DNA of 64,000 bases from Minisyncoccota bacterium (GTDB lineage: Bacteria > Patescibacteriota > Minisyncoccia > Phycocordibacterales > XYD1-FULL-46-19). The notes beneath the pieces were generated by a model, which saw only the letters and a list, made by a program, of their open reading frames with translations, was not told the DNA's origin and made no database searches. Made by a program: the position numbers and the translations under genes. The stretch covers positions 2,091 through 66,090 of the forward strand of contig JBAYIK010000001.1 of assembly GCA_041665625.1 (NCBI GenBank), given 5' to 3'. This document shows positions 49,222-58,579 of this stretch, piece by piece. Numbering within the stretch: position 1 is the stretch's first letter; each line of letters opens with the position of its first letter.

Positions 49222-49782
49222 ATGGCTAGAGAGTACACTATAGACGAATTAAAAGAGCTTATTGTTAAGGCTAAGGCCGGAGATAAGGAGCCTTTTGCCG
49301 TTATTTATGAACAATTTTATACACCCATCTTCCGTTATCTATATGGGCGGACGGGGGACAAGAATTTGGCCGAAGATTTAACCCAAGACGTCTTTCTTAA
49401 GGGTTACCGGTCTCTTAACAATTATATGGTCAGTGCTAGTTCCCCTCTTGCTTATTTCTATACCATCGCACGCAATTGTTTGATCGACCACTGGCGTAAG
49501 ATCGCTCCTGAGAGGCTGTCCGAAAATTATCTTGAGGTCCTCCCTGATCCAGAGGCTTCGACCGATAGACTGGCTCTAGCAAGAGAAGCCGAGAAGATAT
49601 TGGAGATTGGGTTGAGTGCTCTCACTGTGGTTCAAAGAGAAGTTCTCACTCTTAAGTATCTTAATGAATTATCGACAAGAGAGATTGCGGAGATTTTAGA
49701 TAAAAAAGAAGAGGCGATTAGACAAATTATAGTTCGAGCCCTAAGGGCGATGAGCCAAAAATTAGAAAAATATGGAAATTGA
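49222..49782 (+). CDS. ECF RNA polymerase sigma factor
   Basis: AEDLTQDVFLK, IARNCLIDHWRK, region 4 LSTREIAEIL. Confidence 0.93.
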   Translation: MAREYTIDELKELIVKAKAGDKEPFAVIYEQFYTPIFRYLYGRTGDKNLAEDLTQDVFLKGYRSLNNYMVSASSPLAYFYTIARNCLIDHWRKIAPERLSENYLEVLPDPEASTDRLALAREAEKILEIGLSALTVVQREVLTLKYLNELSTREIAEILDKKEEAIRQIIVRALRAMSQKLEKYGN

Positions 49783-50269
49783 AGAAGAAAAAAATAAAGG
49801 AATCATAAAATTGTTCCAAGAACAGTCTCTTTCGGCTAAGCCGAGCGAGACTAGTTTGGAACGCGTATTAAGGGAGTTGCCTGTCACAGAAGAGTCTCCT
49901 GTGCGTTATAATAATCAAGAGGTCAATATTATTAGCCCATTTTATTATTATATGAGTAACACCATGAAAGTTCTGGTCTCCGTTGTCGTTATTGCTTTAT
50001 TGGCGGGGGGAGCAGCCTATTTCAAACTGGCGGCTCCAAGTGATGACAGTGCCACTGTTGCCACCGAAGGTAGCAGTTTTAGCCAGGTGGAGTCTTCAAA
50101 TTTTGAGGACAGCGCTACTGGCGATATCGATAGTTTACTAGCTTCTTTTGAAGAAGAACAATCTGAAGAGGCCACTCTCTTAGCCGTTGGCGATGTCGAT
50201 GCCACCACTTTGGCTAATGAGAGCACATTAGTAGGTGAGATTAATCAAACATATCAAGATGAAATATAA
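49772..50269 (+). CDS. Putative anti-sigma membrane protein
   Basis: Overlaps the sigma stop; single TM and acidic extracellular tail. Confidence 0.6.
   Translation: MEIEEEKNKGIIKLFQEQSLSAKPSETSLERVLRELPVTEESPVRYNNQEVNIISPFYYYMSNTMKVLVSVVVIALLAGGAAYFKLAAPSDDSATVATEGSSFSQVESSNFEDSATGDIDSLLASFEEEQSEEATLLAVGDVDATTLANESTLVGEINQTYQDEI
49882..49909 (+). promoter_or_regulatory. Putative ECF sigma promoter, copy 2 (intragenic)
   Basis: TGTCAC-N16-CGTTAT with the same spacing as copy 1. Confidence 0.6.
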
Positions 50270-51017
50270 AAATAGTGTCAAAATTCTTTCTGTCGCATTA
50301 CTTCTCGGTCTGATTTTCCCTGCTGTTTCTTTAGCGACAACTACGCCTAAGGGTGAAAAAATTAAGACAGTTGGTGCTAACATCTGCACAAACTTAGTGA
50401 CAAAGCTAGAAAACCAGAATAAAAAATTAGCCGATCAGCTTAGTAAATTCCAGATGAGAAAGGACGAGCAATCACAGAAAATTAGTGAGAACCGTCTCAA
50501 TGCTGATGAACGACGTCTCGGGGTGAGAGCTAAGGTGGACGAGAACCGTGATAATCGCTTTTCTAAGTTAGAAGCCCGAGCTAGCACGACCGAGCAGAAA
50601 GCGGCGATCGCTACTTTCCGGGCAACCTTAGCTTCGACGACAGAAGCCCGTCGGGTCGCTGTTGACGCGGCTGTTAAGGCTTACCGAGCTAGTGTTGATC
50701 AAACTTTAGGAACAAGGAAGACCGCTGTTCAGGCGGCCCAGACAACACTTAGGGCGTCTATCGATTCTATCTTGGTTAAGGCCAAGGCTGATTGTTCCGC
50801 CAATGTCTCGAATCAGACTATTCGCAAGACTGTTAACGATGGAATCAAGGCCGCTCGACAAAAATTTGCCGAAACTGTCAAAACCTTAGATAAGAAAGCT
50901 GATGTTCTTAAGACTGCAACTGAGGCTCGTAAGACAGCTGTTGATAAAGCTGAGAAGGACTTCAAAACTGCTTATGACAAGGCGCTGGCCGATCTCAAAG
51001 CAGCTTTCCAAAAGTAA
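50259..51017 (+). CDS. Secreted Lys/Ala-rich coiled-coil protein
   Basis: Signal peptide MKYKNSVKILSVALLLGLIFPAVSLA; long amphipathic helices. Confidence 0.8.
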   Translation: MKYKNSVKILSVALLLGLIFPAVSLATTTPKGEKIKTVGANICTNLVTKLENQNKKLADQLSKFQMRKDEQSQKISENRLNADERRLGVRAKVDENRDNRFSKLEARASTTEQKAAIATFRATLASTTEARRVAVDAAVKAYRASVDQTLGTRKTAVQAAQTTLRASIDSILVKAKADCSANVSNQTIRKTVNDGIKAARQKFAETVKTLDKKADVLKTATEARKTAVDKAEKDFKTAYDKALADLKAAFQK

Positions 51018-51038
51018 TCACGTTTATTCGCAAAAAAC

Positions 51039-51077
51039 AAAAAAAAGAACCCGGGATAAACCTCGGGTTCTTTTTTT
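51039..51077. terminator. Bidirectional intrinsic terminator
   Basis: A-tract-GAACCCGGG...CTCGGGTTC-T-tract between convergent genes. Confidence 0.85.
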
Positions 51078-51088
51078 GTGAGAGAAGG

Positions 51089-51235
51089 CTAGACAGCTTC
51101 CTCTTCGTCGGCAACCTCAGCGTCGGCATCGGTGCTAGCGTTGACCTTGGTCTGCTCGCAGCAGCCGTCGCCACAAACATTACATTTGCAGCCACAGTCT
51201 TCGGCACAAACGCACTTCTTTTCTTCGTCGTCCAT
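51089..51235 (-). CDS. Metallothionein-like Cys-rich microprotein (48 aa), absent from the ORF track
   Basis: MDDEEKKCVCAEDCGCKCNVCGDGCCEQTKVNASTDADAEVADEEEAV; stop 11 nt before the terminator. Confidence 0.7.
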   Translation of the reverse strand: MDDEEKKCVCAEDCGCKCNVCGDGCCEQTKVNASTDADAEVADEEEAV

Positions 51236-51316
51236 TTTATTAAAATTATTGGGAACTTATAATCCGTAAATTATAGACTAATGGCGAATCAATAGCAACG
51301 TAATTTGCTAAATACC

Positions 51317-51352
51317 CCCGCCAGGCCTCAAGAGAGCCCGAGGCCTGGCGGG
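51317..51352. repeat. Intergenic 13-bp perfect inverted repeat
   Basis: CCCGCCAGGCCTC-N10-GAGGCCTGGCGGG upstream of the typA -10 box. Confidence 0.7.
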
Positions 51353-51407
51353 AGAGAAGATGTTGTGGTATACTCAATAACACGATCTCCGAAAGGAGAA
51401 ATTTTTT

Positions 51408-53213
51408 ATGGAAATACGAAATATCGCTATTATTGCTCACGTTGACCACGGCAAGACCAAATTGACCGACGCCCTTTTGCGTCAGACAGGAATGGTCGCC
51501 GAGGGCTTTAGTATGGACTCTAATGCCCTGGAGCAAGAGCGCGGCATCACTATTTACTCTAAGAATGCCTCACTTTTCTATAAAGATACCAAAATCAACA
51601 TTGTTGATACCCCAGGGCATGCCGACTTCGGTTCAGAGGTTGAGCGTGTTTTGCGTTCTATCGATGATGTGGTCCTTGTTGTGGACGCTCAAGAGGGTCC
51701 AATGCCCCAGACTCGCTTTGTTCTCAAGAAATCTCTTGAACTCGGCCTTAAACCAATTGTGGTTATTAACAAAATTGATAAACCTGCTTCTGATCCTCAC
51801 CGCGCCGAAGAGGAAGTCCTTGAACTCTTCATGGACTTAGGTGCTAGTGATGAACAACTTAATTTTACTGCTGTTTATGCCATTGGGCGTGATGGTATCG
51901 CGAAATTGAAGTTGGAGGATGAGAGTAAGGATATTACCCCTTTGCTCGATACAGTTCTCTCCAAGATTCCCCCAGCTGAGACTAATATTAATATCCCTTT
52001 CCGGGCACAACCCTTTAACTTGGCCTATGATAATTACCTTGGACGTTTGGCCATTTGTCGTGTCTATGAAGGTAAGGTAAAAACTGGTGAGACTGTTTTA
52101 ATAAAAAAATTAGATACTCCCGACTACACGGGCAAGATTACCAAGATCTTCACCTTCCGTGGTCTTGAACGAGAAGAAGTAACCGAAGCCATGGCCGGAG
52201 ACATTGTTATCATTGCGGGTATTCCCAACATTTATATCGGTGAGACCATTTGTCTTGACCCGGCGAGCGAGCCGCTTCCGGCTATCTCTGTCGACGAACC
52301 AACCATTGCTCTTAATTTCATGGTTAACGATTCACCTTTTGGTGGTCGTGAAGGGAAATATGTCACCAGTCGACAAATTCGTGATCGTCTAGAGCGAGAA
52401 CTTGAAGTTAACGTTGGCCTCAAGGTTGATTTTTCTGGCGGCGATAAGTTTAAGGTTTTTGGCCGAGGTGAATTACATATTTCTATTTTACTTGAGAATA
52501 TGCGTCGTGAGAATTATGAGATGTCAGTCTCTCAACCTCAGGTCATTATCAAAGAAATTCACGGTGTTAAAGTTGAACCGTTCGAAGAAGTCACCATCGA
52601 TGTTCCCTCTGAGCACCAAGGTGCGGTTATTGAACGTTTGGGTAATCGTGGCGCTGTCATGATGAATCTCAAGCCGACCGGTCATGGCAATACCGTCCGT
52701 CTTACTTTCGAAGGACCAACAAGAGGTCTCCTCGGTTATCGCAACCAATTTATCGTCGATACTAGGGGTGAAGGGATCATGTCTTCTCGGGTTGTTGGCT
52801 TTAGGACTTATGCGGGGGAGATTAAAAAAACCCAGTATGGCTCAATGATCTCAATGATCACTGGTAAGGTCTTAGCCTATGCTCTCGACAACTTGCAAAC
52901 CCGGGGGACTCTTTATATTTCCCCTGGTGATGAAGTTTATGAAGGACAAGTGATTGGTAATACCTCTAAAGGTGAGGAAATGCCCGTTAATCCGATTAAG
53001 GGGAAACAACTTACTAATATGCGGGCGGCTGGTACTGACGATAAGGTTATGTTGGCTCCACCTTTTATTCTTACTATTGAACGTGGGCTTGAAGTTATGG
53101 CGGAGGATGAATATCTTGAGGTTACGCCCAAGTCTGTTCGCTTACGCAAATCGATTTTGACCGAGACCGAACGTTCTCGCAATAAGCGCACAACTTTCAA
53201 ACCTGGGGTCTAA
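51408..53213 (+). CDS. typA: Translational GTPase TypA/BipA
   Basis: [47 protein letters not shown]. Confidence 0.96.
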   Translation: MEIRNIAIIAHVDHGKTKLTDALLRQTGMVAEGFSMDSNALEQERGITIYSKNASLFYKDTKINIVDTPGHADFGSEVERVLRSIDDVVLVVDAQEGPMPQTRFVLKKSLELGLKPIVVINKIDKPASDPHRAEEEVLELFMDLGASDEQLNFTAVYAIGRDGIAKLKLEDESKDITPLLDTVLSKIPPAETNINIPFRAQPFNLAYDNYLGRLAICRVYEGKVKTGETVLIKKLDTPDYTGKITKIFTFRGLEREEVTEAMAGDIVIIAGIPNIYIGETICLDPASEPLPAISVDEPTIALNFMVNDSPFGGREGKYVTSRQIRDRLERELEVNVGLKVDFSGGDKFKVFGRGELHISILLENMRRENYEMSVSQPQVIIKEIHGVKVEPFEEVTIDVPSEHQGAVIERLGNRGAVMMNLKPTGHGNTVRLTFEGPTRGLLGYRNQFIVDTRGEGIMSSRVVGFRTYAGEIKKTQYGSMISMITGKVLAYALDNLQTRGTLYISPGDEVYEGQVIGNTSKGEEMPVNPIKGKQLTNMRAAGTDDKVMLAPPFILTIERGLEVMAEDEYLEVTPKSVRLRKSILTETERSRNKRTTFKPGV

Positions 53214-53234
53214 AAAAATCACTAGAAGCTTATA

Positions 53235-53331
53235 AAAATGTCTGGCCGAAATCGTAGATTGAGGAGATCCGAGGACTTTTTAGAAGCTTGCTGGTGATTT
53301 TTTCTCCTCGTGTATCCCGGCCAGACATTTT
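53235..53331. repeat. 97-nt intergenic long hairpin
   Basis: AAAATGTCTGGCCG/CGGCCAGACATTTT (14 bp) plus inner GAGGAGA/TCTCCTC. Confidence 0.7.
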
Positions 53332-53496
53332 CAAAAGGCTGTGCCGGTTTTCGCTTGCCAAGTTTTCCACTTTTTGTCATTGCCACTTTTTTAGTTGGTG
53401 GTACTATTTAATTAGATTGCACATGCGTGCGGTCCGACGAAATGTTGGTTGGGCCAAGACGCTCAACCCGGCAGCAAACTGGAGGATCCAGGCTCT

Positions 53497-53589
53497 ATGA
53501 AGACGGCAATGACGGCGAAGTTTGACGGCATGACATTCGTGGGCGGCATCGAGCAGACGTTCAGCAGCGCGGCGTGCGTGGTGAGCTGA
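53497..53589 (+). CDS. Candidate 30-aa microprotein
   Basis: GGAGGA SD; MKTAMTAKFDGMTFVGGIEQTFSSAACVVS; own promoter-like and terminator sequences. Confidence 0.5.
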   Translation: MKTAMTAKFDGMTFVGGIEQTFSSAACVVS

Positions 53590-53648
53590 ACAACGCGAAG
53601 AAGGGGAGGCACGTCCGCTAGATGGGACGTTGCCTTGCTACTAAAGAA

Positions 53649-53690
53649 GACCCCCGATGAGGCAGTGTGCCGTCGGGGGTTTCGATTTTT
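53649..53690 (+). terminator. Intrinsic terminator
   Basis: GACCCCCGATG...CGTCGGGGGTT plus T-tract. Confidence 0.7.
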
Positions 53691-53707
53691 TATATTTAAT
53701 TTTCTAA

Positions 53708-54403
53708 TTATTTTTCTGAAACTGTCACACTCTTGATAACAACATTCTCAATTGGTTTGTCACCGGGAGCAGTTTTGACTTTGCCGATAGCATCAACTAC
53801 ATCTTGCCCCTTAATTACTTTTCCAAAGATGGTGTAAGCGTTAGGGAGGGGATTATTTTCTAACATGATGAAGAATTGTGAACCGTTAGTGTTGGGACCG
53901 GCGTTAGCCATGGCGACTACTCCTTTCTGATAGCCAGCTTTGTAAGAGGCGGTCTCTGGATTAAGTTCATCGGCAAATTGATAGCCGGGGCCACCAGAAC
54001 CACAAGCTCCACCCTTGGTACAATTTGGATCTCCTCCTTGGATCATAAAGCCCGAGATCACACGGTGGAAAATGAGGCCATCATAATATTTTTCCTTAGC
54101 CAGCTTAACGAAGTTAGCGACGGTATTAGGAGCATCATTATTATAAGTTTCAAACTGGATTTCTCCCATTGATGTTTCTAGAGTAACGATATTTGTCATT
54201 TTTTTATTATTAAGGTTATTAATTGGGGCTCCCGCTTGGATAACACTGGCTTGCTGTTGACTTGTTGAGGCAAGATTGCCGATGATTGTTGAGGTCGCAG
54301 TTAAACTTTCTGTTGTGTCTCGGTCAGCCTTATAGAGCCAAGCGCCAGCAAGTATCACTAAGACGACCAGAACGAGAGCGATGAGATAATAATTTTTTTC
54401 CAT
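53708..54403 (-). CDS. Membrane-anchored cyclophilin-type peptidyl-prolyl isomerase
   Basis: FHRVISGFMIQGGDP, AMANAGPNTNGSQFFI, YTIFGKV; N-terminal TM. Confidence 0.94.
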   Translation of the reverse strand: MEKNYYLIALVLVVLVILAGAWLYKADRDTTESLTATSTIIGNLASTSQQQASVIQAGAPINNLNNKKMTNIVTLETSMGEIQFETYNNDAPNTVANFVKLAKEKYYDGLIFHRVISGFMIQGGDPNCTKGGACGSGGPGYQFADELNPETASYKAGYQKGVVAMANAGPNTNGSQFFIMLENNPLPNAYTIFGKVIKGQDVVDAIGKVKTAPGDKPIENVVIKSVTVSEK

Positions 54404-54570
54404 TAAATTTGCGAGTTAAGCTTATAATTTTTACTAAACTAGATTAGATTATAGCAAATTTTTATAGTTCTCAATAATTGACAATTATTACTTAAATAAG
54501 TATAAATGTGGGTGGAATCTTTGTCTGTCAAACCAAAACGAGCTCGAGAGAGCGAGAAGGAGACTTTGTC

Positions 54571-55200
54571 ATGTTTCTTGGTACTCACTGGGTTGTCTGG
54601 ATTCTTATTCTGGCCTGCTGCCTTGTCAGCGCACGCCTCGCTGGGTTGACTTCCCAAAAATTGGATCAGTGGAAGATTCGGAAAGATCGACTCCGGCGAA
54701 TGGCTGACATGCCGGCTCTCTTCCTCTCTGGGGCCACTGTTTCGCGTGGCGAAGCGGTGAATTTTCACCGTTGGCTTGAGCAGGGGCTTAAGCTTCCGAA
54801 GGCTTGGGGAATCATCGACCGGGAGAAGTTCTCAGCCTGGCTTTTGGATTCGGGGAACCGAGCCAAGGTTACCTGTACCATTGAGGCCCTCAGGCGAGGG
54901 AAACTCGGGATGTTCACCCCCACGTTTGATGGTCTTGGTCGGGCCGTCGTTAGCCGGGTTTCTGAACTTGGCTTTACACTGGAAGACTTTGACCTGACTG
55001 TTACGGGTGTTGAGGATATGGTGAAGTCGGCCAAGGTCGCCTGGGCCAAAGAGGAAGCCAGGAAAATTGGCTGCTCACTGTCAAACCTCAGGATTCAAAA
55101 GCAGTCCCTGAAGGAGACGGTTGAGGGTTGGGGCTTTCCCCTCGCATGCGAAGAGCTTGGACTCCGTGACATTGTGAACAGTGATTTCTGGGATTTGTAA
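54571..55200 (+). CDS. Hypothetical membrane-anchored protein (GC-richer)
   Basis: AAGGAG SD before ATG 54571, N-terminal TM, own terminator. Confidence 0.65.
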   Translation: MFLGTHWVVWILILACCLVSARLAGLTSQKLDQWKIRKDRLRRMADMPALFLSGATVSRGEAVNFHRWLEQGLKLPKAWGIIDREKFSAWLLDSGNRAKVTCTIEALRRGKLGMFTPTFDGLGRAVVSRVSELGFTLEDFDLTVTGVEDMVKSAKVAWAKEEARKIGCSLSNLRIQKQSLKETVEGWGFPLACEELGLRDIVNSDFWDL

Positions 55201-55221
55201 GCCCCCTGTCATTTCTTGCCC

Positions 55222-55257
55222 CCCCCGGCGCGCGAACGCGCCGGGGGATTGTTTTTT
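55222..55257 (+). terminator. Intrinsic terminator
   Basis: CCCCCGGCGCG-CGAA-CGCGCCGGGGG plus T-tract. Confidence 0.85.
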
Positions 55258-55294
55258 CTATAATTAATTATGGTTTTGTGGTAAGTTAGGGAAA

Positions 55295-56074
55295 ATGAAA
55301 AAAGATTTTAAAAAAGAAATTGAATGGATTAAGAAAGATAAGTATCCAGATGAGCCTAGCGAAGTCCGACTTCGGGCTCACCTGAAGTCGGACTTCGCTA
55401 GGCTGGGAAAAGGCGAACCAATTGATTATATCATTGGGTGGAAGGAATTTTTGGGTTGTAAAATTGATTTGAGTGAGAAGCCGTTAATTCCAAGGGAAGA
55501 AACGGAATTTTGGGTGGGGGAGGCAATTAAAGAAATTCCCAAGGACTCTCCTTTGGGGCCCTCTCAAGGAAAGTCCTTTGGAATTAGGGCTCTCGATATT
55601 TTTGCTGGCTCTGGTTGCATTGGCCTAGCTGTTTTGAATCATTGTCCTGAGCTGAAGATGACCTTTGCTGATAAAGAAGAAAAATGTATAAAGCAGATTA
55701 AGAAAAATTTGAAACTCAATAAACTTAGAGGGAAAGTCATTCAATCAGATCTTTTTAAAGGGCTCGGTAAATTCGACATCATTTTTGCTAATCCTCCTTA
55801 TATCCCAACCAAGAAATCTAAAGTGCAAAAGTCTGTTAAAAACTGGGAACCCAAGGAGGCTCTTTGGGCGGGGGCAGACGGCCTCTTGATTATTAAGAAA
55901 TTTTTTAAAGAAGCAAAAGGTCACCTGAATCCTAATGGTAAAATTTACCTAGAATTTGGCTATGGCCAGAAAAAAGCCATCGAAGATCTTTTAAAACAAA
56001 AGGGGTATAAGTCTTGGGAATTTAAAAAAGACCAATTTGGCCGCTTCCGAGTGGCTAAAATTATCGGTGGATAA
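55295..56074 (+). CDS. prmC: Release factor glutamine methyltransferase
   Basis: GEPIDYIIG, LIPREETE, LDIFAGSGCIG, ANPPY, EPKEAL..G.DGL. Confidence 0.9.
   Translation: MKKDFKKEIEWIKKDKYPDEPSEVRLRAHLKSDFARLGKGEPIDYIIGWKEFLGCKIDLSEKPLIPREETEFWVGEAIKEIPKDSPLGPSQGKSFGIRALDIFAGSGCIGLAVLNHCPELKMTFADKEEKCIKQIKKNLKLNKLRGKVIQSDLFKGLGKFDIIFANPPYIPTKKSKVQKSVKNWEPKEALWAGADGLLIIKKFFKEAKGHLNPNGKIYLEFGYGQKKAIEDLLKQKGYKSWEFKKDQFGRFRVAKIIGG
55353..55404. repeat. Palindromic element in frame within prmC (21-bp perfect arms)
   Basis: AGCCTAGC-GAAGTCCGACTTC-GGGCTCACCT-GAAGTCGGACTTC-GCTAGGCT. Confidence 0.9.
55534..55585. repeat. Second palindromic element type in frame within prmC
   Basis: AATTCCc-AAGGACTCTCCTT-N12-AAGGAAAGTCCTT-tGGAATT. 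Confidence 0.75.
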
Positions 56075-56140
56075 GGGTTTTTGTTGCCAAAGGAGGAAAG
56101 TGATACAATAAAGCCATATAAGTTTGATTAAAAATAATAT

Positions 56141-58573
56141 ATGGAAAAAGTAGAAAAGAACAAAGCGTTTATCCTTTGGTTCAATGAATTAGCAATTAGT
56201 GATATCCCACTTGTTGGCGGTAAGAATGCCGCTCTTGGTGAAATGTTTAATAATCTTGTACCTCTTGGTGTTAATATCCCTAATGGTTTTGCTATTACCG
56301 CTTATGCTTACGCTTATTTCCTCGAGAAGACTGGACTTAAACAAAGAATTAAAGAGGTTCTAACTGATCTCAACACTCATAATATTAAAGATTTGCAGAA
56401 ACGTGGGGCAATGGTTCGCGAAATGATTATTAAAGAAGAGTTGCCTGATGAGCTTAAGTCCGAGATTGTTGAGGCCTATCATAAGCTCTCTGGGACCTAT
56501 CATCTTAAGGCTGTCGATGTGGCTGTGCGTTCTTCGGCTACGGCTGAAGACCTTCCCGGTGCTTCTTTTGCTGGTCAGCAGGAAACCTTTTTGAATATCA
56601 ATAGTGATAAAGAGCTAATGCTCGCCGTGCGCAAGTGTATGGCTTCGCTCTTTACTAACCGCGCTATTTCTTACCGTGTTGATAAAGGCTTCTCGATGTT
56701 TGATGTCTTGCTTTCGGTTGGTATTCAGAAAATGGTTCGTAGTGATATTGGTAGCTCCGGTGTGATGTTCTCTATTGATACGGAGACTGGTTTTGATAAA
56801 GTCGTTGTCATCAATGGCGCTTATGGCTTAGGTGAATTTATTGTCTTAGGTCGTGTCACCCCCGATGAATTCTATGTCTTCAAACCATCGCTTGAGCGTG
56901 GTTATAACGCTATTCTCTCGAAGACTCTTGGTAAGAAAGATGTTAAATTGATTTACGACAAGAGAGGGACTAAGAAAGTTAATGTGCCTAAAGCTGATGT
57001 TAATAAATTCTGCCTCAAGGACGACGAAGTGGCCAAGCTTGCTATCTGGGGTGTGACGATTGAGAAATATTTCTCTAAGAAGCGAGGCAAATACCAACCT
57101 ATGGATATGGAGTGGGCCCGTGACGGTAAGACTGGCGAATTATTCATTGTTCAGGCCCGTCCTGAGACTATCCACGCTGATCAGAACAAGGATGTTTATG
57201 AGGAATATGTTATTAAAGAGAAAGGTGTCGAATTAATTAAGGGTACTGCTGTTGGTGCCAAAATTGCTTCTGGCCGCGTTCGTATCATTCGTGATGCCAA
57301 GCAGATGAGCACCTTTAAAGAAGGTGAAATTTTGGTTACTGAGATTACCGATCCTGACTGGGAACCGATCATGAAGATTGCTTCGGCTATTATCACCGAG
57401 AAAGGTGGGAGAACTAGTCATGCTGCCATTGTCTCACGAGAGCTCGGTGTTCCTTGTATCGTTGGTACTGGCAACGCGACCAAGAAATTAAAAAATGGTC
57501 AGCTTGTCACCGTTGATTGCTCGTCTGGTAAAGAAGGTGTTGTTTACGATGGCAAAATTTTGTTCGAGAAAAAGGAGCACCACTTAGATCACTTGCCAAA
57601 GACGAGGACTAAAGTCATGTTGAATATTGGTTCACCTGAAGAAGCTTTCCGTAATTTCTATCTTCCGGTCTCGGGTGTCGGCTTGGGACGCTTGGAATTC
57701 ATCATTAGCTCTTATATTAAAGTTCACCCCAACGCTCTGCTTGATTATAAAACTCTAAAGACGAGTAAAGATCCTCGCGCTAAGAAAGCCGTTAAAGCGA
57801 TTGACGAATTAACAGTAGAGTACGCCAACAAAGCTGATTACTATGTTGGTGAGCTGGCTGAAGGTATTGCTACTATTGCCTCGACCTTCTATCCTGGTGA
57901 AGTTATCTTACGTTTTTCTGATTTCAAAACTAACGAATACAGCACTCTAATTGGAGGAGACATGTATGAGCCAGTTGAAGAAAACCCAATGATTGGTTGG
58001 CGTGGTGCTTCTCGTTACTATGATCCTAAATTCCGTCGCGCCTTTGCCCTTGAATGTCGTGCTATGTATAAAGTGCGCACCGAGATGGGGCTCTCTAATA
58101 TTGTGCCAATGATTCCTTTTTGCCGTACCGTTGAAGAAGCCAAACAAGTAATTGCGATTATGGAAGAAGCGGGCTTGGACCGCAAGGCTGACCCATCGCT
58201 TAAGGTCTATGTGATGTGTGAGATTCCTTCGAACGTGGTGGAGGCCAATGAATTCTTAGATGTCTTCGACGGTATGTCGATTGGTTCTAACGATCTTGCT
58301 CAACTCACTCTTGGTCTTGACCGTGACTCGAACCTTATCAACCATATTGCTAACGAGAACCACCCAGCTGTAAAGAAAATGATTGAAGTGGCTATCAAGG
58401 CGTGTCGTGACCGTAATAAATATATTGGTATTTGTGGCCAAGCCCCGTCTGATTATCCAGAATTTGCCGATTTCTTAGTGAAGGCCGGTATTGGGAGCAT
58501 CTCCCTCTCGCCAGATTCCGTTATCAAAACCCTGTCTATCATTGAAGCCGCGGAGAAAAAATATCCTCAATAA
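56141..58573 (+). CDS. ppsA: Phosphoenolpyruvate synthase
   Basis: VGGKNA.LGEM, VRSSATAEDLP.ASFAGQQET, GGRTSHAAIVSRE, EENPMIGWRG, SIGSNDL, GICGQAPSD. Confidence 0.96.
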   Translation: MEKVEKNKAFILWFNELAISDIPLVGGKNAALGEMFNNLVPLGVNIPNGFAITAYAYAYFLEKTGLKQRIKEVLTDLNTHNIKDLQKRGAMVREMIIKEELPDELKSEIVEAYHKLSGTYHLKAVDVAVRSSATAEDLPGASFAGQQETFLNINSDKELMLAVRKCMASLFTNRAISYRVDKGFSMFDVLLSVGIQKMVRSDIGSSGVMFSIDTETGFDKVVVINGAYGLGEFIVLGRVTPDEFYVFKPSLERGYNAILSKTLGKKDVKLIYDKRGTKKVNVPKADVNKFCLKDDEVAKLAIWGVTIEKYFSKKRGKYQPMDMEWARDGKTGELFIVQARPETIHADQNKDVYEEYVIKEKGVELIKGTAVGAKIASGRVRIIRDAKQMSTFKEGEILVTEITDPDWEPIMKIASAIITEKGGRTSHAAIVSRELGVPCIVGTGNATKKLKNGQLVTVDCSSGKEGVVYDGKILFEKKEHHLDHLPKTRTKVMLNIGSPEEAFRNFYLPVSGVGLGRLEFIISSYIKVHPNALLDYKTLKTSKDPRAKKAVKAIDELTVEYANKADYYVGELAEGIATIASTFYPGEVILRFSDFKTNEYSTLIGGDMYEPVEENPMIGWRGASRYYDPKFRRAFALECRAMYKVRTEMGLSNIVPMIPFCRTVEEAKQVIAIMEEAGLDRKADPSLKVYVMCEIPSNVVEANEFLDVFDGMSIGSNDLAQLTLGLDRDSNLINHIANENHPAVKKMIEVAIKACRDRNKYIGICGQAPSDYPEFADFLVKAGIGSISLSPDSVIKTLSIIEAAEKKYPQ

Positions 58574-58579
58574 AATAGT

